60,000 bases of DNA. Source: Botryllus schlosseri. Taxonomy: Eukaryota. Positions 25,916-37,868 of the stretch are shown piece by piece (position 1 is the first letter of the stretch; the number at the start of each line of letters is the position of its first letter). A program made the position numbers and the translations under genes. The notes beneath the pieces were generated by a model, which was given only the letters and a program-made list of their open reading frames with translations, made no database searches and was not told the DNA's origin. Where the stretch lies: positions 6,636,001 through 6,696,000 of the forward strand of contig CM119372.1 of assembly GCA_051294905.1 (NCBI GenBank), read 5' to 3'.

Positions 25916-28158
25916 ATGAGAGGTGTTGCGGTGATAGGTCTTTTCGCTCTTGTTGCAGTAATCGTGCTTCAGATCGATGGTTCGCCAATATCAAGGTAAG
26001 GTGTCTTTTACATCTTTTGAGTTTGCGTTTGTGATCTGTTAGTACCTATATAGTAATGGCGTATCCTTATTGTAAATTCGCCTCTTACACGATTGCCACT
26101 ATTAGGGTAATACAGTCATCGTTGTTCCATTCTGAAAATCTGCAGTCAACTAGTGTCACGTCTTGTCGGAACTCATGATATCGGATCAATTGTTATAGAC
26201 GCGTCGCTGACACGAATCATCACACATCTCACTTCAATTTGAAACAAATATTGTCATTAAACGGGAGAGTGTATTAATGCACTTTATTTTGTTTTGAAAA
26301 GATAAGTATATCCGTACTGATGACAAGGTATTAAATAGAATTGATAAAAGACTGATCAAGGTCGGGGCGACGTGTACCTCATTACAGTACGACCCGACAT
26401 GGCTTGGTATAAATATACTAAACTGGTACACAACGCCAATAGCATCATCTGTTATAAGGGCGTGAATGTTTACAAGCGGGCGTTCTTTGAATATAATAAA
26501 AGGGCTTGAGGGGTTAGAATCGAAACGGGCCGTAGTAAAGTACCGATGACCTGAAATCGAGAATAGAGCCATTGTAACAAGACCTCCTAGGTCGCGGTTG
26601 TCGTCTCTGAATGTAAACGTGTGTGGTGTTTTATTACAGAGGGCGTGGTAATGCGACAAGCAACCACCGACGTGTCAGTTACAGAAGGGCGAGGGCCAAC
26701 CTTGTTCGGCTGCTGGAATTAAAACGGAAACCACACGTCACGAGGAATTTGCGCAGGGGTGCTCTGGAGAGAAGCAGACGCACTTCCACTCCCGGTATTA
26801 TGAGTCATTTAGTGGGGGAAGTGAGAGGTCGGAAAGCTGCGAAACAGACATTAGCGAGGTGAGGATACAAGAATAAGCTGGGGATGGGATGGCGCGAACC
26901 TGAAAGGTTCTGGTTCGCTTAAACACGAACTGTGCGAAGTGTGACCTATGAAAAAGAGGTTAATTCTAATCAAATCTACATACAATTGCTATATGTTTGA
27001 TTATTTAGCTTGACACAGATCTTAAATTTCTGCCCCCTTAATTTAGAACTCTCTTTAAAGTTTGGTGCGATATTAGTACCAGGAAAGCATTTATTTCCAA
27101 TCCCCTGTCCGTATCAAATACTGTCGAATTAGTAGTCATTAATAAGACATCAGTGTATACTAGTTGCAATTCATGAGATGTCAATCATAACGACGTGACT
27201 TAAACGTTGGTAAAATTCTTTTGGATCCAAGATCTCTTTACGCCCTTAAGGGACCCACTTTTTCACCCAATATTGTAGGGATGCTCGGGAAATTCTCGGA
27301 TACCAGGAACAATTTTGCAATACGTACCAAACATACGTTCCTTGTCACATCAGACATAGATAACTCTGTGACCACACGGGAATATAGGCCAATTATATAG
27401 CAGCGATGGAAGCGAATAATTTTATTATCAACAACTAAAACAGAGTGATATGTCATTCAAACTCCTCAAAAATCAGTATATTTTATGACATCACAAGGTT
27501 CCTCTTAGTTTTCTGTTGAATTTTCTTTCATGCTTCCATTGTGATGCAACCAATGATTAAAGTTGAAATGTAAGGAATCTTGATCACAGATGATAAGATT
27601 ATTGGGAAAAATTAGTATTTCAGAACAATGCTCACAGTGTAGTTTGTAGTGTAGAACCTACTAAAGCTCAATTGCGAAAGTCTGAATCATCGGGGTTCGC
27701 ATATCGCACCCTGATGTTGACACTACCGCAGTTATTATCAGTTTTGTCTTGCTTTAACAATAACAATAATGCGATTTGCCGTAGAAAGCCAACGGGTTAT
27801 ATCGCTACATAATCACCTCATAATATCATATGCATCCAAAAACTACAAAGTGTAAGCAATTAGATGTAGCTTTTTATAGATATCATCAAATAAAATCAAC
27901 CCAAGTTGTCTGACAGTGTGATTGCCCCAATCTAAGTAGAACATCCGTCACATTAGAGGCTCCACTCAACTGATTATAAGATAGCCTACTCTCGTTATAT
28001 TTCCTTAATCACAATAACATTATATATTTAGACTCCGACAGAGCCGCAAACAAGGGAATTTAGGGTCTCTTGCTGAGCACTGCACCCGAATGACTGACGG
28101 AGAAGCAATGATACGATGTTTGACTGAGATGGTGCAGTCGCGGAGTTCGAGCCCATGA
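25916..28158 (+). CDS. Secreted peptide-hormone precursor (gene B), 141 aa; exons 25916-25995, 26640-26858, 28032-28158; MRGVAVIGLFALVAVIVLQIDGSPISRGRGNATSNHRRVSYRRARANLVRLLELKRKPHVTRNLRRGALERSRR|TSTPGIMSHLVGEVRGRKAAKQTLARLRQS|RKQGNLGSLAEHCTRMTDGEAMIRCLTEMVQSRSSSP*
   Basis: Classical signal peptide. Strong splice sites AG|GTAAGG, TTTTATTACAG|A, AG|GTGAGG and ATTTAG|A, all phase 2. RSRR furin site. Same coding-exon layout as gene C. AATAAA at 28463-28468. Confidence 0.78.
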
Positions 28159-29368
28159 AGATCGATTTGTGACGGGAACATAAATTGAGAGGCAAAGAAA
28201 TAGTCAGAAGCTACAATTCTGGCTCTAAGACAACTCGCGCCGTTGTCTTACATGAGTCAGATACTGCGTATCATAAAAAGACGTTTCCTTTCTCGCGTGA
28301 TACTGCGCGGTAGCTTGAAGTTTCATAATAATATCTAATTTATTTCATTTTATATTTATTTAATATTTATATTTGTGGCGTATTTCAATGCAATAATAAT
28401 GTATAATAGTGCTTTACAATGATTGCGACCGAGTCTTTATGCTGCATTGAAGTTACTTTGCTAATAAATGACCGTTCTGATTGATTAAATTCAGATAAGA
28501 GCGATACGGAAACTGCTCGATAACGAATAGTTACCAATAGCAATGCTCGAATTGCAGGAGCACCATAATATTACAGATATATTGCAATCAAAGGGAGGAC
28601 CACATAACGATTGGCACCCAATTTTTACTCTACATCCGCATGTGAAATATAGTATATAAATAGTACGTATGCTATATGCAGTAGCCTATATAAATATATA
28701 AAGTAACGAAACCGCCGTGGTTCGTAAGACGGGGTTCCATCATAACATCGTCTGAAAACTGTCCAATAATCATTATTATATGTCTTGATAGCTTCGAGAT
28801 AATACACCAGTGAAGTCGATGCGACCCGGAAAGTTTGCGAAATGCCAAGAAGAAATGATCGTGAATGAAATGAAAATTCCAATAACACGCAGTAATATCA
28901 GATTAAACATTTGCCATCGTACGGCTATTTCTAAGCGATAAATAAATCCAATTTGAGTAGACCTTCGTATGTCTGAAAATACATTGTCGATGTACAGCGT
29001 ACAGAGATATAAAGATATACCTAGCTGTGATGTTATAATATGAATGTATATGTGGGAATTATTAACAGGAGATTCAGAAGAGATACACATTTTCAGTTCT
29101 ACAGATAACATCGCTCAAGTGGCATCAAAATACCGGCTTGTATATATTATTTTACATACATCACGACTGTTGATTTCGAAACTAAAGATCACTATTTTCG
29201 TATCAACCAGTGATACGTAGGCCTACCCAACTCCATACGGGTTTGTTTATACGAGTCTCCCAATTATACGTTTTCTCGAAGATGAGTTGTATCTCATGGT
29301 AAAGTTGTCTTAATACGACAGTTTTATATTGGAGAATGGGAGTGTGATCATTCCATGTGAACAAGCAG

Positions 29369-29717
29369 TAGGGTTGCCATATGTCCTGCTTTTGGGAATT
29401 CGTCCTCCTTCATAGCTTCGACAGCCAGGCTAATGGGCAGGCACAACTAAAAAACAGCATAAATGACCCGAAATCTACAATGCAGAAGTGGGACTGGAAG
29501 ATGCCCTTTGTTTAGTCAACACCACATCAGTATTATTATAAAGTGTGTGATGCGTGAGTTTAGTCGCAAAATTTTCTTTTTTTATTATATTTATTGTTAG
29601 TCAACACATGATTTCCAGTAAAAATTCTAAATTCGGCAGTTTTCTACTCCGGTAATGTAACTTTTGTAATTTGTAAAAGGTGTCCTCTTTTCAGGATCCC
29701 AAAATATGGTAACCCTA
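29369..29717. mobile_element. MITE related to 16906-17216
   Basis: TAGGGTTGCCATATGTCC.../...CCAAAATATGGTAACCCTA termini. Confidence 0.7.
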
Positions 29718-29921
29718 TCAAAAGGGAACAGCTGATGGGATATTTTCTTGGCAGATGCAACCTCTGCTCATACGTTAGCGACTTCTAGCGATCAAGTTGT
29801 GATGATGTGTTGATGCTGGTTTGCGTTGCAAAAATGACCGCACGATGGCGGTAATAAGTGACTGCTGAATCATTTCATGTGAACATCCAATGTAACTCCG
29901 TAGAGCCCGGAGTCTGTACGT

Positions 29922-30331
29922 CAGAGATGAGCATGGATTAGGATTAGGTTTTGAAAAAACAGGATTTGTGAAATTTTGTCGGATTTGGATTAGACATTTT
30001 TTTCAGAACGGATTAGGATTTGGATTGGATTGAACTATTTTCTGGGAGATTGAAATGTCGTGTGGCGAATGGCGACAAACTTTATTCAGATCAGTTATTA
30101 ATGTACTTATGGTTACTAAGTTATCTTGAATCAAGTGAATCGTTGGTTGTGAAAGAAAATTTTCGAATCCCTCCATTGCATAATTAAATATTTTTTCTGA
30201 ATTTCCAGTTGGAATCGGATTAGGATTGGACATGGACTTGAATATGAAAAAGTTATGGATTAGGATTTGGATTTGGAGGTTCGGATTTGGATTGGATTAG
30301 GACATAGAAATTTCAAATCCGCTCATCTCTG
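29922..30331. mobile_element. hAT-type MITE with GGATT(A/T) subterminal repeats
   Basis: TIRs CAGAGATGAGC/GCTCATCTCTG; TSD CTGTACGT; GGATTA/GGATTT arrays. Confidence 0.88.
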
Positions 30332-30486
30332 CTGTACGTACGTGCCAGGACATCATGGGGACTGTACACGATTGAATGTATAACACACATTATGGATGGA
30401 TATAGTTAAAAGAGTGCGAAAGGGGTTATTAATGGTTTGAAAGTATGTCCTGACTTCTTGCTGTGCAATATGGAGAACGTAACGGG

Positions 30487-30672
30487 CAATGTTCCCTTCA
30501 AGCTGCGCAAATGCGCAGTGCTGCCACGGTCTCTGTGCACAGAAAATATAAGTTGCGCACAGGAAATCCGACGTGCTCACCTTTTTTTTAGTCATTACGC
30601 ACTGTTTTCCATGGGTCTGCGCAGTGAGTTGGTGAGTGTGCGCAGACTTGGCAAAAATTAGAGGGAACATTG
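30487..30672. mobile_element. Short MITE
   Basis: TIRs CAATGTTCCCT/AGGGAACATTG; TSD GTAACGGG. Confidence 0.88.
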
Positions 30673-31189
30673 GTAACGGGTAGCCTATAATTCAAACGTA
30701 AGTGACGTCTATTGACTGTCATGCTACATGAGAGCTATACAGGCAGTGCCGACGTCACACTTGTGCAGAGGAAAATAATGTTTGAGCGAGTAGAAGTTGT
30801 TTACCAAATTCCGTCGATATTCCGGAATAAACGGAATCCGGTAAGAGTAAAGGATTAGTATTGAACAAGAAGTGAAATATTTGACACCTTGAAAATTTTA
30901 TCTAAGGGTCGCTAGCGCTATTTACATTTTCTGGGTCAAATCAAGAAATTTGAAGGCAGTGACTATAGAGTCGTCTCCCAATACGGAGTCGAACACCATC
31001 TTCTCTTGCCCTCTGCAAGCTATGTAGACCAGTGCTTCCCAACCGTGAGGTCGCGAATAAATAACAAATGTTACGGCTTTTTATTCAATTTGCCAAAGAT
31101 GTCAACCACCTATATCTTCTCACGATCAGACGGGAAACTACCCGTTCACCTCTATATGCAGTTGGATTTGCGCCCATAGATGCCGTAAG

Positions 31190-32346
31190 TAGGGATAGTG
31201 CGAACCTCTAAAAGGTTCAGGTTCGTCTGAACGGTGAACGAGAACGTTTTTGAAAGGCTCTGTGTGAACGCGAACGTGAACCTCATAACGTCACGTGACG
31301 CCATATTGCTGATTACAGCCCTACATTTCAGGGAAGTGAAAGCTTATATTATTGACCACATAATGCCACAATGCTGAAGTACATATTGACGTTTTAAACG
31401 ACGCCAAATGTATCAACTGGGGCAATCATACCATATCATAATCCCATAAAATCAATATCTTTCGTCGCTTTGCCAACAATTTCGACGAGGACTTGCAAGA
31501 AAATATACGCCTCAACGGTCTAGGTCAGACCGTACAACGTATTCGGCGTCTGAGTATTGCTATTGCTTGATATTGCTTGATATTGAGCGGAGTGTAAAAC
31601 GGATTTTGTACTTGTACCGATATTACCTCATTAAAAATTGATGCAGCAGTAGCCAACACCCCAATCGCACGGATTTTTTTAAAGATACTATAAACATATG
31701 AAATCAAGATTGACCCGATACGCCTACTAGATTTTTACATTAGACAACGACATCAATTTCATTGATTGGTTGAATAGCATCATTCGCCAACTACCTATAC
31801 ATCCTATTATTATTATTATTAATTGTGAAAATGAGACATTGTGGCGCTTATCACCTTATCGGTCTGGTGCGCCACGGCAAAAAATTTCGTATTACATGTC
31901 GCAAATCGTTTACCTAAAAAATATTGCTTAAATCAACACATTGCTGGCCAGGACACCTGTACATCCTACATATAGTGTATTTCGCTCTTGATGTTGTGTG
32001 ATTGCGGGTCAAACTCATAGCAGAGAGTCACTAAATATTCACAAACGGAAAGCTGGATATTTCGAACAAACTTATGTAACAAAGCAAGTAAAATATTTGA
32101 CATTGGCGGGTGCATGCCCGCTTGGTGATGTTTAGTTTTATGCTGCCAGCGCCATGCGTAGAATGGTGCGAAGTTGAAATGCAAAGAATTTCAACCAAAG
32201 ATGTTATAATGACGTGAAAAATGGTAATATATGAAAAAGTTTCACAGTGCAGAACCTACTTAGGTTCGTTCGTGAACGTGAACCTCTAAATTTCTGAGGT
32301 TCACACACAGAACGCGAACGTTAACCTCACGTTCACACCATCCCTA
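31190..32346. mobile_element. Largely uninterrupted copy of the TAGGGATGGTGTGAA family
   Basis: TIRs TAGGGATAGTGCGAAC/GTTCACACCATCCCTA; TSD GCCGTAAG; homologous to 14327-17595. Confidence 0.9.
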
Positions 32347-32627
32347 GCCGTAAGCCACGATTCCGCGCTCACAATATTTCGTGAGCTGGATTTTTGTGAC
32401 AGTCATTCTAATCGGAGCTCGAAATTGGACACAGCGTTTTGTGTATTCCTTAAAATTGGAAATCATTCATTCGTTCCTCCAAAGGATTTGCGAACGTTGA
32501 TTGTAAAATGCAATCCAGCCTAGTTATTGTCAGCAAAAATTTGCGGCGATGAAGCTATACTGTGTTCGACGTAAAAGACTAATTACTGCTTGAAAACGTG
32601 CCTTCTCGTTTGTAATCATCTTATTAC

Positions 32628-33506
32628 TAGGGCGATTTTTTTTACCTAAAAAACGGAAGATTTTGACCTAAAAAATCAGATTTTGCAATTTTTTTACTTT
32701 AAAAATTAAAACTTTGACCAAATTTCACCTAGCATATGCAAATTATGTGTATCCCACATAATGTTAGAATTGTACTACTTATCTTCATCTCTGGTTGGAA
32801 CTGTCTGTCCTTGCGAAGTAGTTTGGCCTGAAAAAAACGTTTGTGCCTCAAAAACTGACAAATTGTTACATGAAAATACTTCATTTTAACAGAATCTGAC
32901 CCTTATGAAGATTTCCAGTAGTTACATAACGCATTATGGTAGAAATAATTAAAAATTTTAGTAGTACAACAAAAGATGCTTTCCAACTATCTCGGGTAGA
33001 AAGTGTCTGTCCTTACTAAGTAGCTTGCCAAGAATGGAGAAAGAACGTTGAACAGCAACAGTTGTTGGCTGACAACACTGAAGTTGTGTGTACACTGCTA
33101 GTGACAAACCGTGTTGCTTCATTCTGTCAACGGTTTCTACATCACAATTTTTCATCATGCGCTTCTTGATTAAGAACCATACAATGCCCACGCAGTCTTG
33201 CTTCAGTTGGGCTATTGCGGTACGCTGAGCATAACACAATGTCAACCTATTTGTTTCATTTGAATGTTTATGATTCAGTATGAGCGGACAATGGGCCGTC
33301 TACGACGGTATACGCTTATTAAGTAGGCTACAAGCTGTAAAATGTCAAATGATAAGTTCACCGACAGTGCAAAATCTACGATACAAACGAAATGCAGGTT
33401 GCAAAAAAGTTTTAACTTTGTTAAAAATTTCGACATTTTTTGACGTAACGGTACAATTTTGACTTAATTTTGACTTTTTATGACATGTTAAAAAAATATC
33501 GCCGTG
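32628..33506 (-). mobile_element. Internally deleted hAT transposon carrying a transposase C-terminal fragment
   Basis: Ends TAGGGCGATTTTTTT/AAAAATATCGCCGTG; TSD CTTATTAC. ORF 32958-33245(-) ends QPTTVAVQRSFSILGKLLSKDRHFL, resembling the hAT dimerization motif (P-S-x-x-x-E-R-x-F-S). Confidence 0.85.
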
Positions 33507-33800
33507 CTTATTACGTCCTACTTACACTTGTGGGCGTGTAATTTAACTTGTTAGTCATACGACACATTATAAGTCAAATCATATTCTCATTCGTTAGGTC
33601 ATATCTCATGGTGGGTCGCACAATGAAACATTGCATCAATAGTGGGTCACGAACTGAAAAGGTTGGGAAGCACTGATGTAGACTGTAGCACCTTCAAGAA
33701 TCCGTATACAGAGGCATCGAGCCGTATGGCGTAATGCAGAGATGACAAACATACTAACGAGTGGTTCAATGGTCGCAACAGCTCGTCCGTCCACTTCTAC

Positions 33801-35299
33801 CAGGGGTGGGCAACCTGCGGCCGTAGAAGGAAATTTGTGCGGCCGTGACACGTAATTTAATTAGTATGTGTTGGCGGCCGTCAACGGGCAAATTGAAATT
33901 TTGATTAATTGAATTTTAAATAATCTTGAAATTTTCTTCGCGCTGCGCGCGATTTAATGCTATGCTTCATAGTAGTGCCCTTTGCAATCTGAGCCCCACA
34001 GTACAGACGCGAGCAGCAGATAAAAATGATGCACCCCATATAGAAATACCAACTTGGTATAGTGTGCTTCTCACGAAAGAAATTTGTTTCTGATACGTTT
34101 AGGCCAGTGATTCCCAACCGTCGCTCTCAGAGTCGCATGCGGCTCCAAGAAAGCCTTTCTTGCTGCTCTGATTGACCTCTATAGGCTACGCCACAAAAAT
34201 ATAATAGAGGACGGTTGTTGTTTGTTTCTATGCATAGCTATACGCAATTTCTATATATTAATGCTAAAATGGGGGACATTAGTTATGTCTAAAGCCGTCC
34301 AAGGCCGCTTCTGAAAATTGGGAAAGAGAATTCTTGCAGACTGGCGTCAAACGCATGGATGAATATCCGTCAGACAACGATGTATCTTGAGTTCTGCTGG
34401 TCATAGACCTTTTCATAACGTCTTTGTGAGGAGTAAATTTCGACACAATTTCACTAACATCAAAGTAAAGTCTCATAGACAAGTATAAATTGCAATAAAT
34501 CCAACATTGCTCAGCGTATAATTCCCCGCAAACTTGTGCATATAGTGCAGGAATGTATGAAAGCTATCACATCACGACATTATAGTACTCGCCAATTTGC
34601 TTGTATCAATGCTATAATAACCGATAGAAGTCCATGTGCAATATGTGCATGCTTTTGAATTAGCTGGATGGTGAGAGCAGAGGTATAGGCTAGCTACCTT
34701 TAAATTTTCGTTATAAGTAGCTTATACTTGAGTGTTTTCATGTGGCTCCATTCGTACTCTGAAGTTTGAAATGTGGTCCCGACACCCAAAAAGTTTAAGA
34801 ACCACTGATTCAGGCGATTCCAATATATTTCCGCTAAGCCTACCGACAATACTGATGGAAGGACAGGAAATAAAGGCATGCAACAAAGTGACCAATAACA
34901 ACTGCCCGAAATTTCGGAAGACACTATACCTCTATCAACTCCACCATAGTGGATTTGATCACATGGGCTGATGCAGGATAAATATTTGATTGCAATATGT
35001 GAGTATACTAATAATGATGACGAAATTTAATTGTGAATCTGAAAACATTTTCGCGCTTCGCGCGACCATCATTTTCACGGTGATTGTTCAAAACATGGCC
35101 ACTCGCGATTTCGGTATGTATAGTAAGCCAATATGAGAAATTAGATAAGTCTGGAGTTCAACTGAAATCGATATGGACGGAATAACATGGGTATTTGACG
35201 CCCAGTTAGTTGATTACGGCTTAATCACAGGAATGCGGCCGTGGGCTACATAAGTAATCGAAATGCGGCCGTGAATAGCAAAAAGGTTGCCCACCCCTG
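33801..35299. mobile_element. hAT-type element with nested element ~34105-34807
   Basis: TIRs CAGGGGTGGGCAACCT/AGGTTGCCCACCCCTG; TSD ACTTCTAC; GCGGCCGT subterminal motifs. Confidence 0.88.
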
Positions 35300-35370
35300 A
35301 CTTCTACAGAGACAAATACCCAACACGGTGAAACTTATAAATGTGTTCGCAGCAACAACCAACTAACGGA

Positions 35371-35525
35371 GACCAGGCGGAGCATGGAGAGGAGGTCGCG
35401 TATTGCTGAGCGTCGGCGCCATCCAAGCAGACGACCCGGGTTCGATTCCCGCCGTCGGAGGTTATTCTGGGTTTCCCGCCCCCAGTGTCGTTGTTCTTAC
35501 GACGACAATAAAGCCCTAGAAAAAG
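35371..35525 (+). mobile_element. tRNA-derived SINE-like element (second family)
   Basis: B-box-containing T-arm GACCCGGGTTCGATTCCCG (~35433-35450), a GC-rich body and an A-rich 3' region; no complete cloverleaf. Confidence 0.55.
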
Positions 35526-37868
35526 ATCCGATAAAGAAAGAGAAAGAGCAAGAAAGAGCTTTTAAAAAGGACCGACAAAGAAAGAATATCATCGTAGAAG
35601 ATTGCGACATCGGGCACTAGGTCGAAGTGGATGCCAGTTCAAGAGACCATAACTGTTTGGTCGTTCGGTATCCCCCTATCTGTTCATTACATCGCATTGT
35701 GTGTCTTATATATCGCATTGTACATTGTGTGTGTCATGGGCAGATGAGAATATAATCTAACGATTGATACATTGATATACTTTGAGATCATTCATGATGA
35801 AAATATATTCTTGAAATTCGGCTTCATTGATGAAGAATCTAGATTTCCTTCGACCCCTACCTCATTCCGGTGTGCCATTATGATCCTGGTTCTGAAAAGG
35901 ACCAGCGTGAAGTCGTAGATTCGCATTCACATGGAATATTTATGTCAAGTTCGCGCTCTAACGAAGCCCAACAGTTCAGAGGTTCGCACCAGCCCATGAA
36001 TATAATGTTTTTAATTTCATGCAGCGGGAATGACAAATACTTACATTAGTATTATCGCCGAATGGTTTCGACCTCGGCACTTCGATGACCTGATGATTTG
36101 GTGCCGCACCCGCTAACACTGTATAGATCGAGCTACAGATCACAGGTTTGGCAGCACATGCCCAACAAACACTCCGGTTTCCTTATGATCAGTTTTAGTA
36201 TAAGATAGGAAACGTTTGACATTTAGGCATAAAGTTGAAATTCGCGGGCAGTGCAGAATTAAACTACTGCGTTCCATACCCATATTTTGGATTCGTTCTT
36301 AATGCCAAAGTGGTAGCTGAGTTTTCCTCGGGCCCATTTGGTTTCAAGTAAAGATACTATACGTTGTTGCGAAACGCTCCATTCAGAATTACATATTGCG
36401 ACTGTGAAATTTTCACGTGTCGTAGCGCGTATCTTGAAGAAAATATGATTTCATTAAAATATGAAAGACACTCCCAGCTGTGACAAATCGAACAAACATG
36501 AAACAAATCCCAAGTCGTCAGTTAACCGGAGATACGTTTCATTGCACCCTTCTAAGTCGAATCATGGAAACTATTTTTGGAAACTGTGAGAAAATCACTA
36601 AATGCAATTGTCTTCGAAATTTTTCTTTGGGTGACTTGGTAACAATAGCGGATACCTCGGCCGGTAACATTTTCTATTAGGGTATGCGCGAGGCCATATA
36701 AGTATATCTCAACTCACTTGGCATACTTAACATCTCACAGTCGATGCGTTAAGCCAGACGCCAGTACTTCCGAAATCAATTGCACATGATTTACACCGAC
36801 GAGAGCTGGGGGATGATTGCGCAAATATGCCATGTCCTCCGGAAATAGTTATCCCACACCCGGCAAAGGATTTTAAAGCATGCTGATACAAATATCCTAC
36901 TGCCACATCCTACGACTTACTTTAGGTCACGGTAGCAGGGTCGTTTCATCCTGAACGATTTCCGTTTTCGTACGGTACATCACATGCAAGGCGCTGTGAG
37001 CATTTCAATTATAAAGAAGATGAAGCCGACAGATATTGAGTGTATGTGGAGCTCAACCGGCTTGAATAAAGGAGAAATAGCGCTGTGCCATGTGGATGCT
37101 ATTCTTCATCCCGATAAGCACTCATATTTGCAGCAAGCGACTTGCGCATGGCAGTCTGCATGAGTAACTCACACAATCTTAGCACCAATGTCTTTACGTT
37201 AATTCTTATCGAGATTCCCGTAAGAACACAAGCTCTGCGATAGTGGGGCAGAGAAGCATTTTAAGGCGATAGCGAAGGATATCCGATGATAAATTACTCA
37301 GAGACAGCACAAAAAGAAACACCCAGCGACAAAATATGTATGTACATTGTACAATTACACCGGTTTAAAATATATCATTCTAAGCCGCAACCTGATTGCG
37401 CAATAGTGATTAGTCGCTGAATGATACTAAATGACAATCCCATCGGAATCCGAGTAGGTAAGACAAATGTGTTCATAACAGGCACTCTTGATGGCATGAC
37501 AGGTGTCTGTATACTAATTGAGACGATCTATTGAACATTGTTAGTGACGTCATCCAGTCCTCAAGCACAAATAAAAATATCCTAATTGCTTTCAATTGGT
37601 CTCTTCAGTTTATGATAATTTTCCAACTGATCAATAATATAGCTACTCATCTGTTAGAAGTACAAACATCTAACGAACAATCGGAAGTGTACATTTCGTA
37701 CTGAAATCCACGTCACGAGATCGAATTGAAAATTGCCAAATCGGTAAAAACGATGAGACAAATAGATATAACGGTATATTAACAAATCGAACGTCTACAC
37801 GACCTATATAGTGTGACCTATAGTATAACTATAGAGGATGTAGGTAGTATGTAGTACATCCTCTATAG

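Larger units (their letters stand above)
31030..33675. mobile_element. hAT-type element hosting two nested insertions
   Basis: TIRs CAGTGCTTCCCAACC/GGTTGGGAAGCACTG; TSD ATGTAGAC. Confidence 0.88.

Noticed and set aside
28776..29111. Minus-strand ORF with a hydrophobic segment (MFNLILLRVIGIFISFTII...)
   Set aside because: No convincing downstream exon, cleavage motif or homology.
29935..30305. GGATTAGG repeats resembling interstitial telomeric sequence
   Set aside because: Not TTAGGG arrays; they are subterminal repeats of a TSD-flanked MITE.
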